In this document: positions 26,959 to 38,832 of the stretch, piece after piece | Layout: the number at the start of each line of letters is the position of its first letter | How positions within the stretch are numbered: position 1 is the stretch's first letter | Source: Chiloscyllium plagiosum | Taxonomy: Eukaryota | Direction: 5' to 3' | Length of the DNA stretch: 64,000 nt | Assembly (NCBI RefSeq): GCF_004010195.1 | Contig: NC_057754.1 | Span: 2,605,498 to 2,669,497 of the forward strand | The notes under the pieces: model-generated | What the model saw: only the letters and a program-made list of their open reading frames with translations | Told to the model about the DNA's origin: nothing | The model's database searches: none | Made by a program: the position numbers and the translations under genes

Positions 26959-27172
26959 AGTCAGGCCACCTCCAACAGCTGCCTGAAGCTTTCAATCTCT
27001 TTGGTTAGTAATCAAGGTTACAAAATCCATGTTTATGCCACCTGTCATAAGCCACTATGTTACAAGGAATGCTTCATTTACAATTTCAGGGATTTGCAGG
27101 CATTTACTCTGACATATACTGGATTAGGTTCCAGAAGGAACTTCTTCTGATCTAGCTTTTTCAAACAAAAAC

Positions 27173-28604
27173 CCCACTGGTCCTCACCTACCACCCCACC
27201 AATCTCCATGTACAGCGCAAAAATTCCACCGACACCCTCCTTCGACTGACCGAACTGGTCCTCACCCTGAACAACTTTTCTTTCCAATCCTCCCACTTTC
27301 TCCAAACAAAAGGAGTAGCCATGGGCACCCGCATGGGCCCCAGCTATGCCTGCCTCTTCGTAGGGTATGTGGAACAATCCATCTTCCGCAACTACACTGG
27401 CCCCACCCCCCATCTTTTCCTTCGCTACATTGATGACTGTATCGGCGCTACCTCGTGCTCCCACGAGGAGGTTGAACAGTTCATCCACTACACTAACACC
27501 TTCCACCCCGACCTCAAATTCACCTGGACAGTCTCGGACTCCTCCCTCCCCTTCCTAGACCTTTCTGTTTCTATCTCAGGCGACCGAATCAACACGGACA
27601 TCTACTACAAACCAACCGACTCCCACAGCCACCTGGACTACCCCTCCTCCCATCCTGCCCCCTGTAAAAACGCCATCCCATTCTCCCAATTCCTACGTCT
27701 CCGCCGCATCTGCTCCCAGGAGGACCAGTTCAAAATACATACAACACAGATGGCCTCCTTCTTCAAGGACCGCAATTTCCCCCCCGACATGGTCGACGGT
27801 GCCCTCCACCGCATCTCCTCCACCTCCCGCTCCTCCGCCCTTGAGCCCCGCCCCTCCAACAGCCATCAGGACAGAACCCCACTGGTCCTCACCTACCACC
27901 CCACCAATCTCCATGTACAGCGCATCATCCGCCGTCACTTCCGCCACCTCCAAACAGACCCCAGCACCAAGGATATATTTCCCTCCCCACCCCTATCAGC
28001 TTTCCGTAGAGACCACTCCCTCCGCGACTCCCTTGTCAGATCCACACCCCCCACCGACCCAACCACCACTCCCGGCACCTTCCCTTGCAACCGCAGGAGG
28101 TGCAACACTTGCGCCCACACCTCCCCCCTCACTTCTCTCCAAGGCCCCAAAGGAAACTTCCATATCCGCCACAGATTCACCTGCACCTCCACCCACATCA
28201 TCTACTGCATCCGCTGCAGCCGGTGTGGCCTCCTCTATATTGGGGAGACAGGCCGCCTACTTGCGGAGCGATTCAGAGAGCACCTCTGGGCCACCCGGAC
28301 GAACCAACCCAACCAACCTGTGGCACAGCATTTCAACTCCCCCTCCCACTCCACCGAGGATATGCAGGCCATTGGACTCATCCNNNNNNNNNNNNNNNNN
28401 NNNNNNNNNNNNNNNNNNNNNNNNNNNNNNNNNNNNNNNNNNNNNNNNNNNNNNNTCCTCCATGTCCCTCCTCCCTACCTTTTATCTTCTCCTGCTGAAC
28501 ACTCTCTGCTCATTCCTGAAGAAGGGCCTGTGCCCGAAACGTCGAATCTCCTGTTCCCTGGATGCTGCCTGACCTGCTGTGCTGTTCCAGCAATAAAGTT
28601 TCAA
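27173..28604 (+). mobile_element. 5'-truncated Penelope-like retroelement (RT + GIY-YIG endonuclease), young copy
   Basis: Open frame with RT motifs (KGVAMGTRMGPSYA, LRYIDD, LPFLD), a Cys-rich linker and GIY-YIG (IIYCIRC...LYIGETGRLLAERFREH). Flanking direct repeat caaacaaaaac (27162-27172 / 28605-28615). Contains an N gap. Confidence 0.92.
28512..28547 (+). ncRNA. Minimal type-I hammerhead ribozyme in the PLE 3' region
   Basis: attc-CTGAAGA-a-gggc-ctgt-gccc-GAA-ACGT-C-gaat: intact core, stem II, palindromic stem III, stem I attc/gaat. Confidence 0.75.
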
Positions 28605-29105
28605 CAAACAAAAACTTCACCAAAGGGACCAAATGCATACACTCAATGACAATTTGTTGAATCTCTCTCACCTTTTCAGCCCTGTTCATTCGCCTCAACC
28701 ACTTTGTCATCGCGTGGCGTTTATTCTCCAACTCTGGGTAGAGGGGTTTTCATTCAAACCACCGGACATGAGGGACATGGTGACAAACTGGGAAGAGATG
28801 AGTTCAGGGGCTAATGTCTAAAAGCAGTTCACCATCCAGAGTGTGAACATTAAGTGGAGCAGGACCTGGGCTATATAATGTAGTCGTTCAGGATCCAGTC
28901 AGAGTGGGTGGGATGCTATTGGGAGGGTGGAGAGGAAGGCTTCATGAGAAATGAAGGGGTCCTCACTGGTCATAGAGATGGACAGCATGGAAACCCTGTC
29001 CTTTTTTTCCCCCCTCCCCTACACTCCTGCATCGGCTTTTGGGTGAACTGGTTTTGTTTTTATTCTTCTTAAAAAGCAATGTTATTCTTTGTTCAATGTT
29101 TGCAG

Positions 29106-29257
29106 GGCAGATTGACCTGGAAGGGGCAGTGGGATACTCTGTACCTGACTCGGCCGAAGTCCCGGACGATGAGAAGGACGCTCTCAGTGAACCAGATGCA
29201 GCCGAACTGCGCCGACGGCGGCTGCGGAAACTCGACCTACCCAGTGGCCGTCACTGA
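29106..29257 (+). CDS. SYVN1: SYVN1 last coding exon (...EPDAAELRRRRLRKLDLPSGRH*)
   Basis: tgcag|GG; conserved EPDAAELRRRRL; TGA at 29255-29257. Confidence 0.95.
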
Positions 29258-32200
29258 CCGCTCGGATTAGACTACACGGCTCGACGCCGGGTCAGAGACG
29301 GGCGGTGGGAGGGATGGGAGGGAAACTGGAGGATGGGAGACAGCCAGAGAGAACGTGGGGAGGGCTTGGGCTGCAGCAAGAGAGGGTGCCACTGTGTTCT
29401 CCCTCCCCTCTCTCTCTCAAAGATGTGTTTTCTTTTCATCCCTCTATTCCCCACCCACCCCGACCCATCACCAAGTGCCATTGATCCTACCCTAATGCAG
29501 GGAATCCAAGCTTTGAATGTCGCTGCTGAAGACTCTGCAGCAAGTCTGAGAATATCGAGAAACGTCCAGTAAAAGGCAACAGATACACCAGCTGCGATCT
29601 CTTACGCTCTCTCGTTCTGTCCTTCTCCATGCGCACACCCTGATGTTTGTACCAAAATTTGGCAAGATTTCTCTCCCATCCTCCCCTCTGCCCATCCCCA
29701 CTTCAGAAGGTCAATTGGGTTTGGACAGGGCTCCTGTTGCTATCTGGCATAGGGTCTTTGCGTGCTCGCTCGTGCTGTTTCTTTCTCTCTCTCTCTCTCC
29801 ACCAAGCCCCTTCTCTCTCTGTATTTGCCGCCTTCTCTCCTCCGTCCCCCTGTATAATATCTGACAGTCAGTCTATCTCTGGTGTTGCTGTGCGACAGGA
29901 CCACACCTCAGTAGCCCTGTGTCCACTGTTGTCAACGGGACGATCCATACAGTGAGCCTGCCCTCCTCGATGCACTTTGGCGACCTCTTCTCTTTCTCCC
30001 TGCCCCCCGCCACCACCAAAAAACACTTGCTGTCAACCAACCACAGCTGCAATAATTGTTTTTGACTTTGGATTCTCCAAATCCAAAGCGTTGATGTACC
30101 TTCCCCTTCTCTGCATGAACAGCCAGAGGGTGAGAGGTGACATGATCCACCTCCAGCTACATGGGTTAAAACAGCTTGGAATGGACTGAGTCTCGACGTG
30201 CTGGAAGACAGCTGCATTAAATATCATGCAGATCATTTGCCCGTCTTTCAAATGTTTTTAACCTTCCTATTCACTTGGTTTAATAATATGGCTCATGTGT
30301 TGGATCAAGAGTTTTCTCGAACATTATAAAACAGCAGAGCGATCAATGATCACAATTAAGTAGATGCTCATCTGCTTTTCATGTGAGAGGGAGGTAATAT
30401 CTCTCCTTTGTCTGAATAAGCCTCTTGTCAATCTTGGGCGCGGGTATGGTGGAGAAAGAGTGTGAAGAGGCTTGGATAGGAGATCTGGGAACTAGGTCCA
30501 AGAGGGACACTTCAGCAGTTAAACTTTCACCCATTGCAATAGGATTAAACTGACAGCTTCTTTCAAACTAAATAGACACAGCTTGTGACTTTGGGACTTG
30601 TAGATTGGCTGATTTTTTTTAAAAAGTTTTTAATTTTACATAAAGCACTTTGTTTCTCATTTCAAATCCATTGTAGAGAAGTCCCTATTTCTTACTTCAT
30701 GTCAAATATATTAGAGTTGTGTTTGTGCGCATATAACATGCGCTAGTCAAGAGGAGGGGGGTTTTGTCAGTTTTCCTTTCCCGCTCTCCTGACCAATCGT
30801 TCTCTGGGGATTGGCGAGGGGCCTGCAGCCCCCACCCTGGTTTGCCCCCTGGCAATTACTCTCTCTTATTTTTGGTGCCAACTGTGATTTCAGAGGCTGT
30901 GGAAAGGGTCGAGCAAGTGAATCCGCTAGTTTGTCAGAAACAGACACGAGGGAAGGGGACAGGCCTGCCTTCCCATTCCTCTCTTTTTGCTAATTTCTGC
31001 CCAGTGTAAAGATCAGTGGAAATGGCATTGCGCAGATTTATTCCCACCACTGCTTTCTTCAATGTTCCCCTGTCGATTTAAAAGATTTAATTGTTGCATG
31101 CACAAGAAATTTACATTCTCTATTTGCAAAAAGCAGCTTTGTAATTTCACTTCACAGAATGACTGAACTGGCTGGTATTTCACAACAATCCTGTTGGCAT
31201 GTATTGTTGCCAGCAGTTAACAGTGTGAGAGAACCTGTCTCCCCTTCTCCCTCTGGTGACCAATATAATCCAGGACTTTGGAAAATTCAGTTTCCCTTTC
31301 CAGTGTCAATATTGAGTTGGCTGATTTGTGAAGGGGAAGATCGATCTCCCCATGTCCCAAGGTGGTTGGTGAGGGGTGTGCTGGAGATGTGGGCTGTACT
31401 GTGGAATCCCAAGGGATTGACTGCTGAGGCTGCTGTACAACTCACCCTCCCTGGGGGCAAGGTGAGCAAAGCCATTGTGCTATTGTGACAATGTGGACTC
31501 CTCTACCTGGCTCATGCCAGTTGTAATACACGGCCTCCATCCACTAAACTGCATGCAGGAAGAATTGGCCCTCCCATCTAAGACCCTGAGTGAGGATGAG
31601 ATGGGATTTTCGTGTGGACAGAGCATTCTGGATATGGATGTGTCAGGTTTTTTGGGGCTGTTGAAGGATCTGTCACCTCCACAACCCCTTCCACCTGCCA
31701 GTTGACATTAATTGGAGGGTTGGGGAAGGTAGGCACTTGATGGTTTTGCTGTGGGGGAGATGGGTCACGTAAACTTTGCAGTGTGGTCTGGATTGAGCTT
31801 GCAGTTAGTGGCTTCTGTTGCTCTTGCTCTGAATGACAGTGCTAAGAGCTTGCAAGGAATCTTTTCCTGTTGTTGTAGTGGAAAACAGAAGGGAAATGAG
31901 GCCTGTTATTGTCCCTCTCCCTCTCTTTTGGGTAATGCTGAGTGTTCATTTGTAAAGTGCCTAGGATGTGTTGGTAATAAAAATTGGGGGGGGGGAGGGG
32001 GAAAGAGAGAAAGAGTCTGAGGGCGTGCTAGCCTTCATTAATCTGTAACACAATAATTGGGATGCAGGGTTCTGTTGGAAGCAATTAGACCTACTATAGT
32101 GTTGGATGCTGTCCTTTCTTCTGCAATCACCCTCTTTGTTGCTGTGATACCAAGTAGAACACTGTTGTCTTGATAGAGGCATCTATGCGAGTTGTAACTC

Positions 32201-32657
32201 ATTGACACCACCAAAATTAAGCAGAATCAAACAAACCAGGCAGTTTGGCGGAAGAATACTGCTCCCAAAACAATAATACTGCTCCCTAAGGAATAAGGCT
32301 TCCTCTTGTTTTTTTTTTCTATTTGGATTTGGCTTTTTGAAGACTAAAACGTTCCAAACCTTTCTGGTTGCCCGATCAGCAATGTTTCTTTTTTTTAAAA
32401 CCCATTTTTTCCCCACCACCAAAAATTTTGGGAAGTATCAATTTTGAGAGTGTGTGTGTGTGTACATGTGTCAGATCTGTGATTTTGAGGGTTGTTTGGA
32501 TCTGAGACATGTGACCTACAGCAACCATTTTCAGGTTCTCAACCTAATGTAAGGAATCTAAATGTAAGAGCTCTATACAGGTGAGGGTTTTGTGGTTGAT
32601 TATTTAATTTGTACATATTGTATAAAATTTTAATAGCTGGAATTGTACATACTGCAC

Positions 32658-32663
32658 AATAAA
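32658..32663 (+). terminator. Probable SYVN1 polyadenylation signal AATAAA
   Basis: AATAAA preceded by several TGTA motifs and followed by GT/T-rich sequence (tctgtcttgtgtgtggtcttt), at the end of a largely TE-free 3'UTR-like tract. Confidence 0.7.
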
Positions 32664-34340
32664 TTCTGCTGGTTCTGTCTTGTGTGTGGTCTTTCTAACA
32701 ATCCAATAGTGGTCATGTTTATTTTCACATAAACAAGTTAGCAGATGTCTGTACTGTCAAAACCCTATTCCAGTGCCAACATATCTTATGTTCCTTTGAC
32801 AATACTTTCTATTACACTTTAATTTGTACTAACGCAACAAACATCCAGCAGTCAAATGCAAATGTGCCTCCTGTAAGCTTTTCCTCCATGTTGCAAACCA
32901 TCCTGTTGTGGAACTATTTTACCGTTCTTTAAGGGTGTACCTATATCATACTGACGCCAGAAGTTCGTAAAGGCTACTCACCACCATTTCAAGGTGAATT
33001 AGGGATAGGTAGTAAATGCTGGCCCAGGTATTCATTTCTTTCTTTTCTCTTTCCCTCCTCTCTCTCTTCCCCCCCCCCCAAAAAAAAGCCCATTATTTTT
33101 ATCAACCTGTTCAGACAGCTCTGGCCACCTGGGACTTGAATCTGCAAGGTTGAGGCACTATCACTAGACTTAGGCCGGTTAATTAAAAAGAAGTGCGTTT
33201 AATTGTTCCAATGTTATGACACACCTCTGGGGCAGGTGGGCTTTAAATTCAGACCATCTGCCTAGGGAAAGGCATGCTACCACTCCACTATAAGATTCTC
33301 CGCAAGCCTAGGTAGAAGTCTTTTTTTAAAAAGACCTTGTTAATGTACAGAGGCTGACAACAATGCCTTGATTTTAAGCAGTGTCCCTCACTCCTTTAGG
33401 ATATCCTAGATCAGGTTACAGTTAATTAAGTAGTCATTCTGCTGGAGGAGGATATTATTAGTTTGTACCTGACAAAGATCTCTAAATCGAAATGAGATAA
33501 TCAGATAATGTTTTAGTAAGATTAGTGGCAGTGTCACAGAAGCTTCTTCCATTAAGACTGTAATGGTTAAAGTGTCCTTCTGCTATAGATAAGGATTTTA
33601 ATTTAATATCAGATTGATGCAAACTACCTCGGAGAGTGTAGCATCCTTCAGAGCTCAATGCATCCAGGAAAAAGCACTTGCTTGGTACCCCTATCCACCA
33701 CCCAAAACGTTCATTCCCCTTTTCACTACCGACTCTCAGTGGCACCAGTGTATACCATCTACAGTACAAGGTTCACAACAAGAACTCACCAAGTGACAGT
33801 ACCTAATAAATCTGTGATCTCTTTACAAGCTAGAATGACAGGGGTATTGTGGGTGACCGCACAATACATTGTCTGAATCAGTTCAAAAGGTGGCTCACTA
33901 TCACATTAGAGGACAATGAGGTATTGGAAATAAATGCTGGCCTAGCAAGTTAGAGGCATGCAGCATGGAAACAGACCCTTCAATCCAACCAGTCTATGCC
34001 ACTCAATCTGAAATTAAACTAGTCCCACCTGCATGCACTTGGCCCACATCCCTTGAAACATTTCCTATTCATATAGTTTAAAACATTGATATTCTTTAAA
34101 AACAGCTGCAACTCAGTTGGGCATATTCTCACCTTGGAGACAATGGTTCTGGATTCAAGTTCCACTATAGGGACTTAAAAACTAAAATCAAAGCTGACAT
34201 TCCCAATGTGAGAGGGAAGGCCACACAATCAGAGGTGCTGTATTTTTTATGAGGATGTTAAAACTTGATTTTAACATTTGATGGCTCTGGATAACTTAAA
34301 AAAAACTATAGCATTATGTTGAAGAATAAATCAATTATTT

Positions 34341-34428
34341 CTCACCTGATGAAGGAGCGGCACTCCGAAAGCTAGTGTGCTTCCAATTAAACCTGGTGGA
34401 CTATAACCTGGTGTTGTGTGATTTTTCA
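34341..34428 (+). mobile_element. Short PLE-type tail with an intact minimal hammerhead (34343-34377)
   Basis: cac-CTGATGA-a-ggag-cggca-ctcc-GAA-AGCT-A-gtg; same family as 53752-53966. Confidence 0.72.
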
Positions 34429-34827
34429 CTCAATTATCTCTGGTTTAGAAGTGAAATAGTGGATTTCAAACATTAACTATTTCTCTCTCCACAGATACTA
34501 CTCGACCTGACCCACAATCAACATTGCAGAACCTCCATGAATTGGTGATTATTAAATTGCTGTTTGAAGATTGATAAATGCAAATTGACCACCACATTTC
34601 CTACTTTACAAGTATCTACTGTACATTTCAAAAGTAATTAGTTCACTGTAAAGCACTTTGAGATATCCAGTGGTAATGAAACATGCATGCAAATAGTTGC
34701 AAACACGAGTCTGCAATAGCAAGTGTGACTTATCATTCCAAAGTGAATGAGAACTGTCAGCCCAGCAATAAATAAATAAATGCTGAGGATCATTCCAAAT
34801 TCAATCATTAATTTCCCATTATTATGA

Positions 34828-35448
34828 CATCATAGAACATAGAAAAATACAGCGCAGTACAGGCCCTTTGGCCTTCGATGTTGCGCCGATCCAAGCCCAC
34901 CTAACCTACACTAGCCCACTATCCTCCATATGCCTATCCAATGCCCGTTTAAATGCCCATAAAGAGGGACAGTCCACCACTGCTACTGGCAGGGCATTCC
35001 ATGAACTCACGACTCGCTGAGTAAAGAATCTACCCCTAACATCTGTCCTATACATACTACCCCTTAATTTAAAGCTATGCCCCCTCGTAATAGCTGACTC
35101 CATACGTGGAAAAAGGTTCTCATGGTCAACCCTTTCTAAACCCCTAATCATCTTGTACACCTCTATCAAGTCACCCCTAAACCTTCTTTTCTCCAATGGA
35201 AACAGCCCCAATTGCCTCAGCCTCCCCTCATACGACCTTCCTACTATACCAGGCAACATCCTGGTAAACCTCCTCTGCACCCGTTCCAGTGCCTCCAACA
35301 TCCTTCCTATAGTATGGTGACCAAAACTGCACACAATACTCCAAATGCGGCCGCACCAGAATCTTATACAACTGCAACATGACCTCAGGACTCCAGAACT
35401 CAATTCCTCATCCTTCCTATAGTATGGCGACCAAAACTGCACACAATA
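34828..35448 (-). mobile_element. CR1 LINE 3' fragment (different subfamily)
   Basis: [15 protein letters not shown]...RGRFFTQRVVSSWNALP. Confidence 0.88.
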
Positions 35449-35503
35449 AATCATTGTAAATTAAACTTTTTCTTTGTGTGTAACTGTGGGAGCTTAAAGA
35501 ATA

Positions 35504-35751
35504 CACCTTCAGTGGTGTTTAGGCAACACGTTAGCTGATCCCAAGCCGCCTCGACACCTCCCAGTCACCAATATTAGGAAATTTAATAAACACTTTGCAA
35601 GCAGGGCTTTTCTCTGTAGATGACCAAAATATTGCAACAGAAATATTGCTTGCAAAACGTTGACTAGTTCTCCTAATATTGGTGATGACTAGTACAGACA
35701 TCTAGATGGCTTAGGATCAACTGATTTGTTTCCTAAACACCTCTGAGGGTG
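35504..35751. mobile_element. Palindromic MITE-like element just upstream of the PRPF39-like promoter
   Basis: Arms caccttcagtggtgtttaggcaac...tcaccaatattagga...ttgcaagca and tgcttgcaa...tcctaatattggtga...gtttcctaaacacctctgagggtg; TA on the left flank. Confidence 0.7.
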
Positions 35752-35879
35752 CATTATTTTAACTCCCACCCAAATAAAAAGTTTAATCTGCGGTGAGTCA
35801 TAGTCATGGAAAATGAATACCTGTAATTGAAATTGGAATGATCTTCAGCAAAGGTGCAGAAAACTTCTCCTTTCCTCCC

Positions 35880-36440
35880 CTTCCCTTCCCTTCCCTTCCC
35901 CCCATCCCCAGTCAGAGCAGTTTCCGGTTCCGGTGCCTCAGACGATGGTGACAGGAGTAATGGAGGCGGTGGATAATCCGTGGCTGGAGCCCGAGCGGAA
36001 TCCGCCGGCATCCGCTCCATCGGGTGGTGAGTGATCGCGGTCCTGTCACTGATGGCGAGAGAACGAGCGGACCGGTCGAATGGCGCCGATATTGACCGGG
36101 GAGAAGCGACAGGGGGTGGGGGCAAAGGATGGCGGATACGAGAGATTTGTCACCGACGCCGTGGAAGGGGCGGGGGTTGTGTTGGGGGGAGGGAGAAGAT
36201 GGACGCCTGCTCGGTCGTCGGGATACAGTCGGAGGAGAAAGAGACGGAGACACTTCCTGTGTCAGCCTCCTTTCTCTCCCTTTACCATCGCCCCCGAAGT
36301 CGGGCTGGCAAAGTCGTTCGTAATGGCGGCGAGGAGCAGCCGGCGGAGCGATCCGCGCATGCGTAGAGCCGGACTCCGGTGGGTGGCGGGGGATTTGGAG
36401 GGGGAAAGCAGACCCGGATGGGAACCCGGAAGTAAAGTCA
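35880..36440 (+). promoter_or_regulatory. CpG-island promoter of the PRPF39-like gene
   Basis: The most CpG-dense non-TE region of the window. It has ETS-type TTCCGGTTCCGG (~35921) and CCGGAAGT (~36426), NRF1-type GCGCATGCG (~36354), YY1-type ATGGCGGC (~36323) and a GC box GGGGCGGGG (~36167). Confidence 0.8.
35945..36026 (+). CDS. PRPF39: PRPF39-like putative coding exon 1 (MVTGVMEAVDNPWLEPERNPPASAPSG)
   Basis: ATG inside the CpG island, strong G|gtgagt donor; 82 nt, phase 1, which matches the open frame of exon 2. Confidence 0.65.
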
Positions 36441-36699
36441 ACTACCTCCCCACCTACCCCAAGAGAGGACAGCACATGTAACTGCAATCTTTTCTTCACA
36501 ATCGAAGGGAACACGGGTATCTGCAATCTCTATAGCGAGGGGAACACAAGTAATTGCAACCCCTTCCTCTATATTGAGGGAACAGTTTTATCTGCAACCC
36601 CTTCCTCTTCCATATTGAGGGGAACATGTGTAACTGAAACCTTTTCCTCCTCCATATTGAGGGAAATAGACATAACGAATTGCACCTCAATAGAAGGGC

Positions 36700-37106
36700 A
36701 TAGAGTTGTAGAGCTGTACAGCATGGAAATAGGCCATTTGGTAGATTCTTTTTAAGTGTTGTAATCGTACCAGCCTCCTCCACTTCCTCAGACAGCTCGT
36801 TCCATTCGTGCACCAGTCTCTGTGGAAAAAGTTGACCCTTAGGTCCCTTTTAAATCTTTCCTCTCTCACCTTAAACTTATGCCCTCATGTTTTGGACTTT
36901 CCTATCCTGGGAAAAAAGACCTGGGCTATTAACCCTATCCATGACCTTCATGATTTTTAAACTACCTTCAGGTCACCCCTGACGCTCTAGGGAAAATAGC
37001 CCCATGGTATTCAGTCCCTTCCTATAGCTCAAACTCTCCAACCCTGACAACATTCTTGTAACTCTTTTCTGAGCCCTTTTAAGTTTCACAGCGTCCTTCC
37101 TATAGC
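36700..37106 (-). mobile_element. CR1/HER1-type LINE 3' fragment
   Basis: Same tail as 4320-4800. Confidence 0.82.
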
Positions 37107-37313
37107 TGGATGTAATGATCACCCCCCCCTCCCGTAGAAGGGAATAGTGTAAATACCACGTCTCTCAGACTGACTATACATGTAACTACAGCCCCTTGCC
37201 CCAAATAGAAGGGGATATGTATAACTACCATGCTACTGACACACACATACCACCTTCTTTCTTGATCTTCCCCACCGCTCCCACCACCATAGAGGGAAAT
37301 AGATGTAAGTACC

Positions 37314-37631
37314 GGCACGGTGGCACAGTGGTTAGCACTGCTGCCTCACAGCGCCGGAGACCCGGGTTCAATTCCCGCCTCAGGCGACTGACTGTGTGGA
37401 GTTTGCACGTTCTCCCCGTGTCTGCGTGGGTTTCCTCCGGGTGCTCCGGTTTCCTCCCACAATGCAAAGATGTGCAGGTAAGGTGAATTGGCCATGCTAA
37501 ATTGCCCGTAGTGTTAGGTAAGGGGTGAATGTGGGGGTATGGGTGGGTTACGCTTCGGCGGGATGGTGTGGACTTGTTGGGCCGAAGGGCCTGTTTCCAC
37601 ACTGTAATCTAATCTAAAAAAAATCTAATCT
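37314..37631 (+). mobile_element. HE1-type SINE, young copy with (aatct)n tail
   Basis: CpG-intact head ggcacggtggcacagtggttagc, B box ggttcaattcc, V-core. Confidence 0.9.
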
Positions 37632-37825
37632 ACCTCCTGAGTCAAGAGAATTCAATATAGCTCTCTCCCTTTTCCTCCAGTACTGAGGAATACCACCTAT
37701 ATAGAGGGAAAGTGATGTAACTCACCTCTACCTGCATAATGATAAATAAGTGTTAACTCCCCCACCCCCATGGAGGGAATGTCTGGAACTACCCTCAGCA
37801 CAGAAGGAAACAGCTGTAACTCCCT

Positions 37826-38832
37826 CATAGAATCTTAGAGATGTACAGCATGAAACAGACCCTTCGGTCCAACCTGTCCATGCTGACCAGATATCCCAAC
37901 CCAAACTAGTCCCACCTGTAAGCACCTGGCCCATATCCCTCCAAACCCTTCCTATTCATATACCCATCCAAATGCCTCTTAAATGTTGCAATTGTACCAG
38001 CCTCCACCACATTCTCTGGCAGTTCATTCCATACACGTACCACCCTCTGTGTGAAAAAGTTGCCCCTCAGGTCTCTTTTATATCTTTCCCCTCTCACCCN
38101 NNNNNNNNNNNNNNNNNNNNNNNNNNNNNNNNNNNNNNNNNNNNNNNNNNNNNNNNNNNNNNNNNNNNNNNNNNNNNNNNNNNNNNNNNNNNNNNNNNNN
38201 NNNNNNNNNNNNNNNNNNNNNNNNNNNNNNNNNNNNNNNNNNNNNNNNNNNNNNNNNNNNNNNNNNNNNNNNNNNNNNNNNNNNNNNNNNNNNNNNNNNN
38301 NNNNNNNNNNNNNNNNNNNNNNNNNNNNNNNNNNNNNNNNNNNNNNNNNNNNNNNNNNNNNNNNNNNNNNNNNNNNNNNNNNNNNNNNNNNNNNNNNNNN
38401 NNNNNNNNNNNNNNNNNNNNNNNNNNNNNNNNNNNNNNNNNNNNNNNNNNNNNNAGATCCTGTTGTAATCTGAGGTAACCCTCTTCGCTGTCCACGACAC
38501 CTCCAATTTTGGTGTCATCTGCAAACTTACTAACTGTACCTCTTGTGCTTGCATCCAAATCATTTATGTAAATGACAAAAAGTAGAGGGCCCAGCATTAA
38601 TCCTTGTGGCACTCCACTGGTCACAGGCCTCCAGCCTGAAAAACAACCCTCCACCACCATCCTCTGTCTTCTACCTTTGAGCCAGTTCTGTATCCAAATG
38701 GCTAGTTCTCCCTGTATTCCGTGAGATCTAACTTTGCTAATCAGTTTCCCATGGGGCACCTTATCGAACGCCTTACTGAAGTCCATATAGATCACATCTA
38801 CTGCTCTGCCCTCATCAATCTTCTTTGTTACT
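37826..38832 (-). mobile_element. CR1/HER1-type LINE with RT domain (spans an N gap)
   Basis: [11 protein letters not shown]...SGVPQG..LGPLLF..YINDL...FADDTKIGG. Confidence 0.9.
38100..38454. other. Assembly gap (other gaps at 1555-1571 and 28384-28455)
   Basis: Runs of N. Confidence 0.99.

Larger units (their letters stand above)
326..29257 (+). other. SYVN1: SYVN1/HRD1 gene span (5'-partial; 14 coding exons in window)
   Basis: Exons with canonical AG/GT sites join in frame (1740 nt) and reproduce the recognisable HRD1 sequence: TM region, RING-H2, Pro-rich region, HAF-H region and the ELRRRRL C-terminus. The first ~44 aa lie upstream of the window. Confidence 0.98.

Noticed and set aside
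27078..28572. Alternative-frame and antisense ORFs over the PLE
   Set aside because: By-products of the C-rich coding strand of the RT/GIY-YIG ORF.
35680..35730. GTGATGA...CTGA resembling a C/D snoRNA
   Set aside because: Too short, intergenic, and explained as an arm of the palindromic element.
35754..36526. Overlapping 111-204-aa ORFs on both strands
   Set aside because: Expected from GC-rich CpG-island composition; no recognisable protein.
37314..37385. tRNA-like A/B boxes (also at 6508, 12078, 18070, 44535)
   Set aside because: These are heads of HE1-type SINEs that continue into the V-core and LINE tail, not tRNA genes.
37972..38563. Long ORFs containing X runs
   Set aside because: Artefacts of the N gap inside a CR1 LINE.
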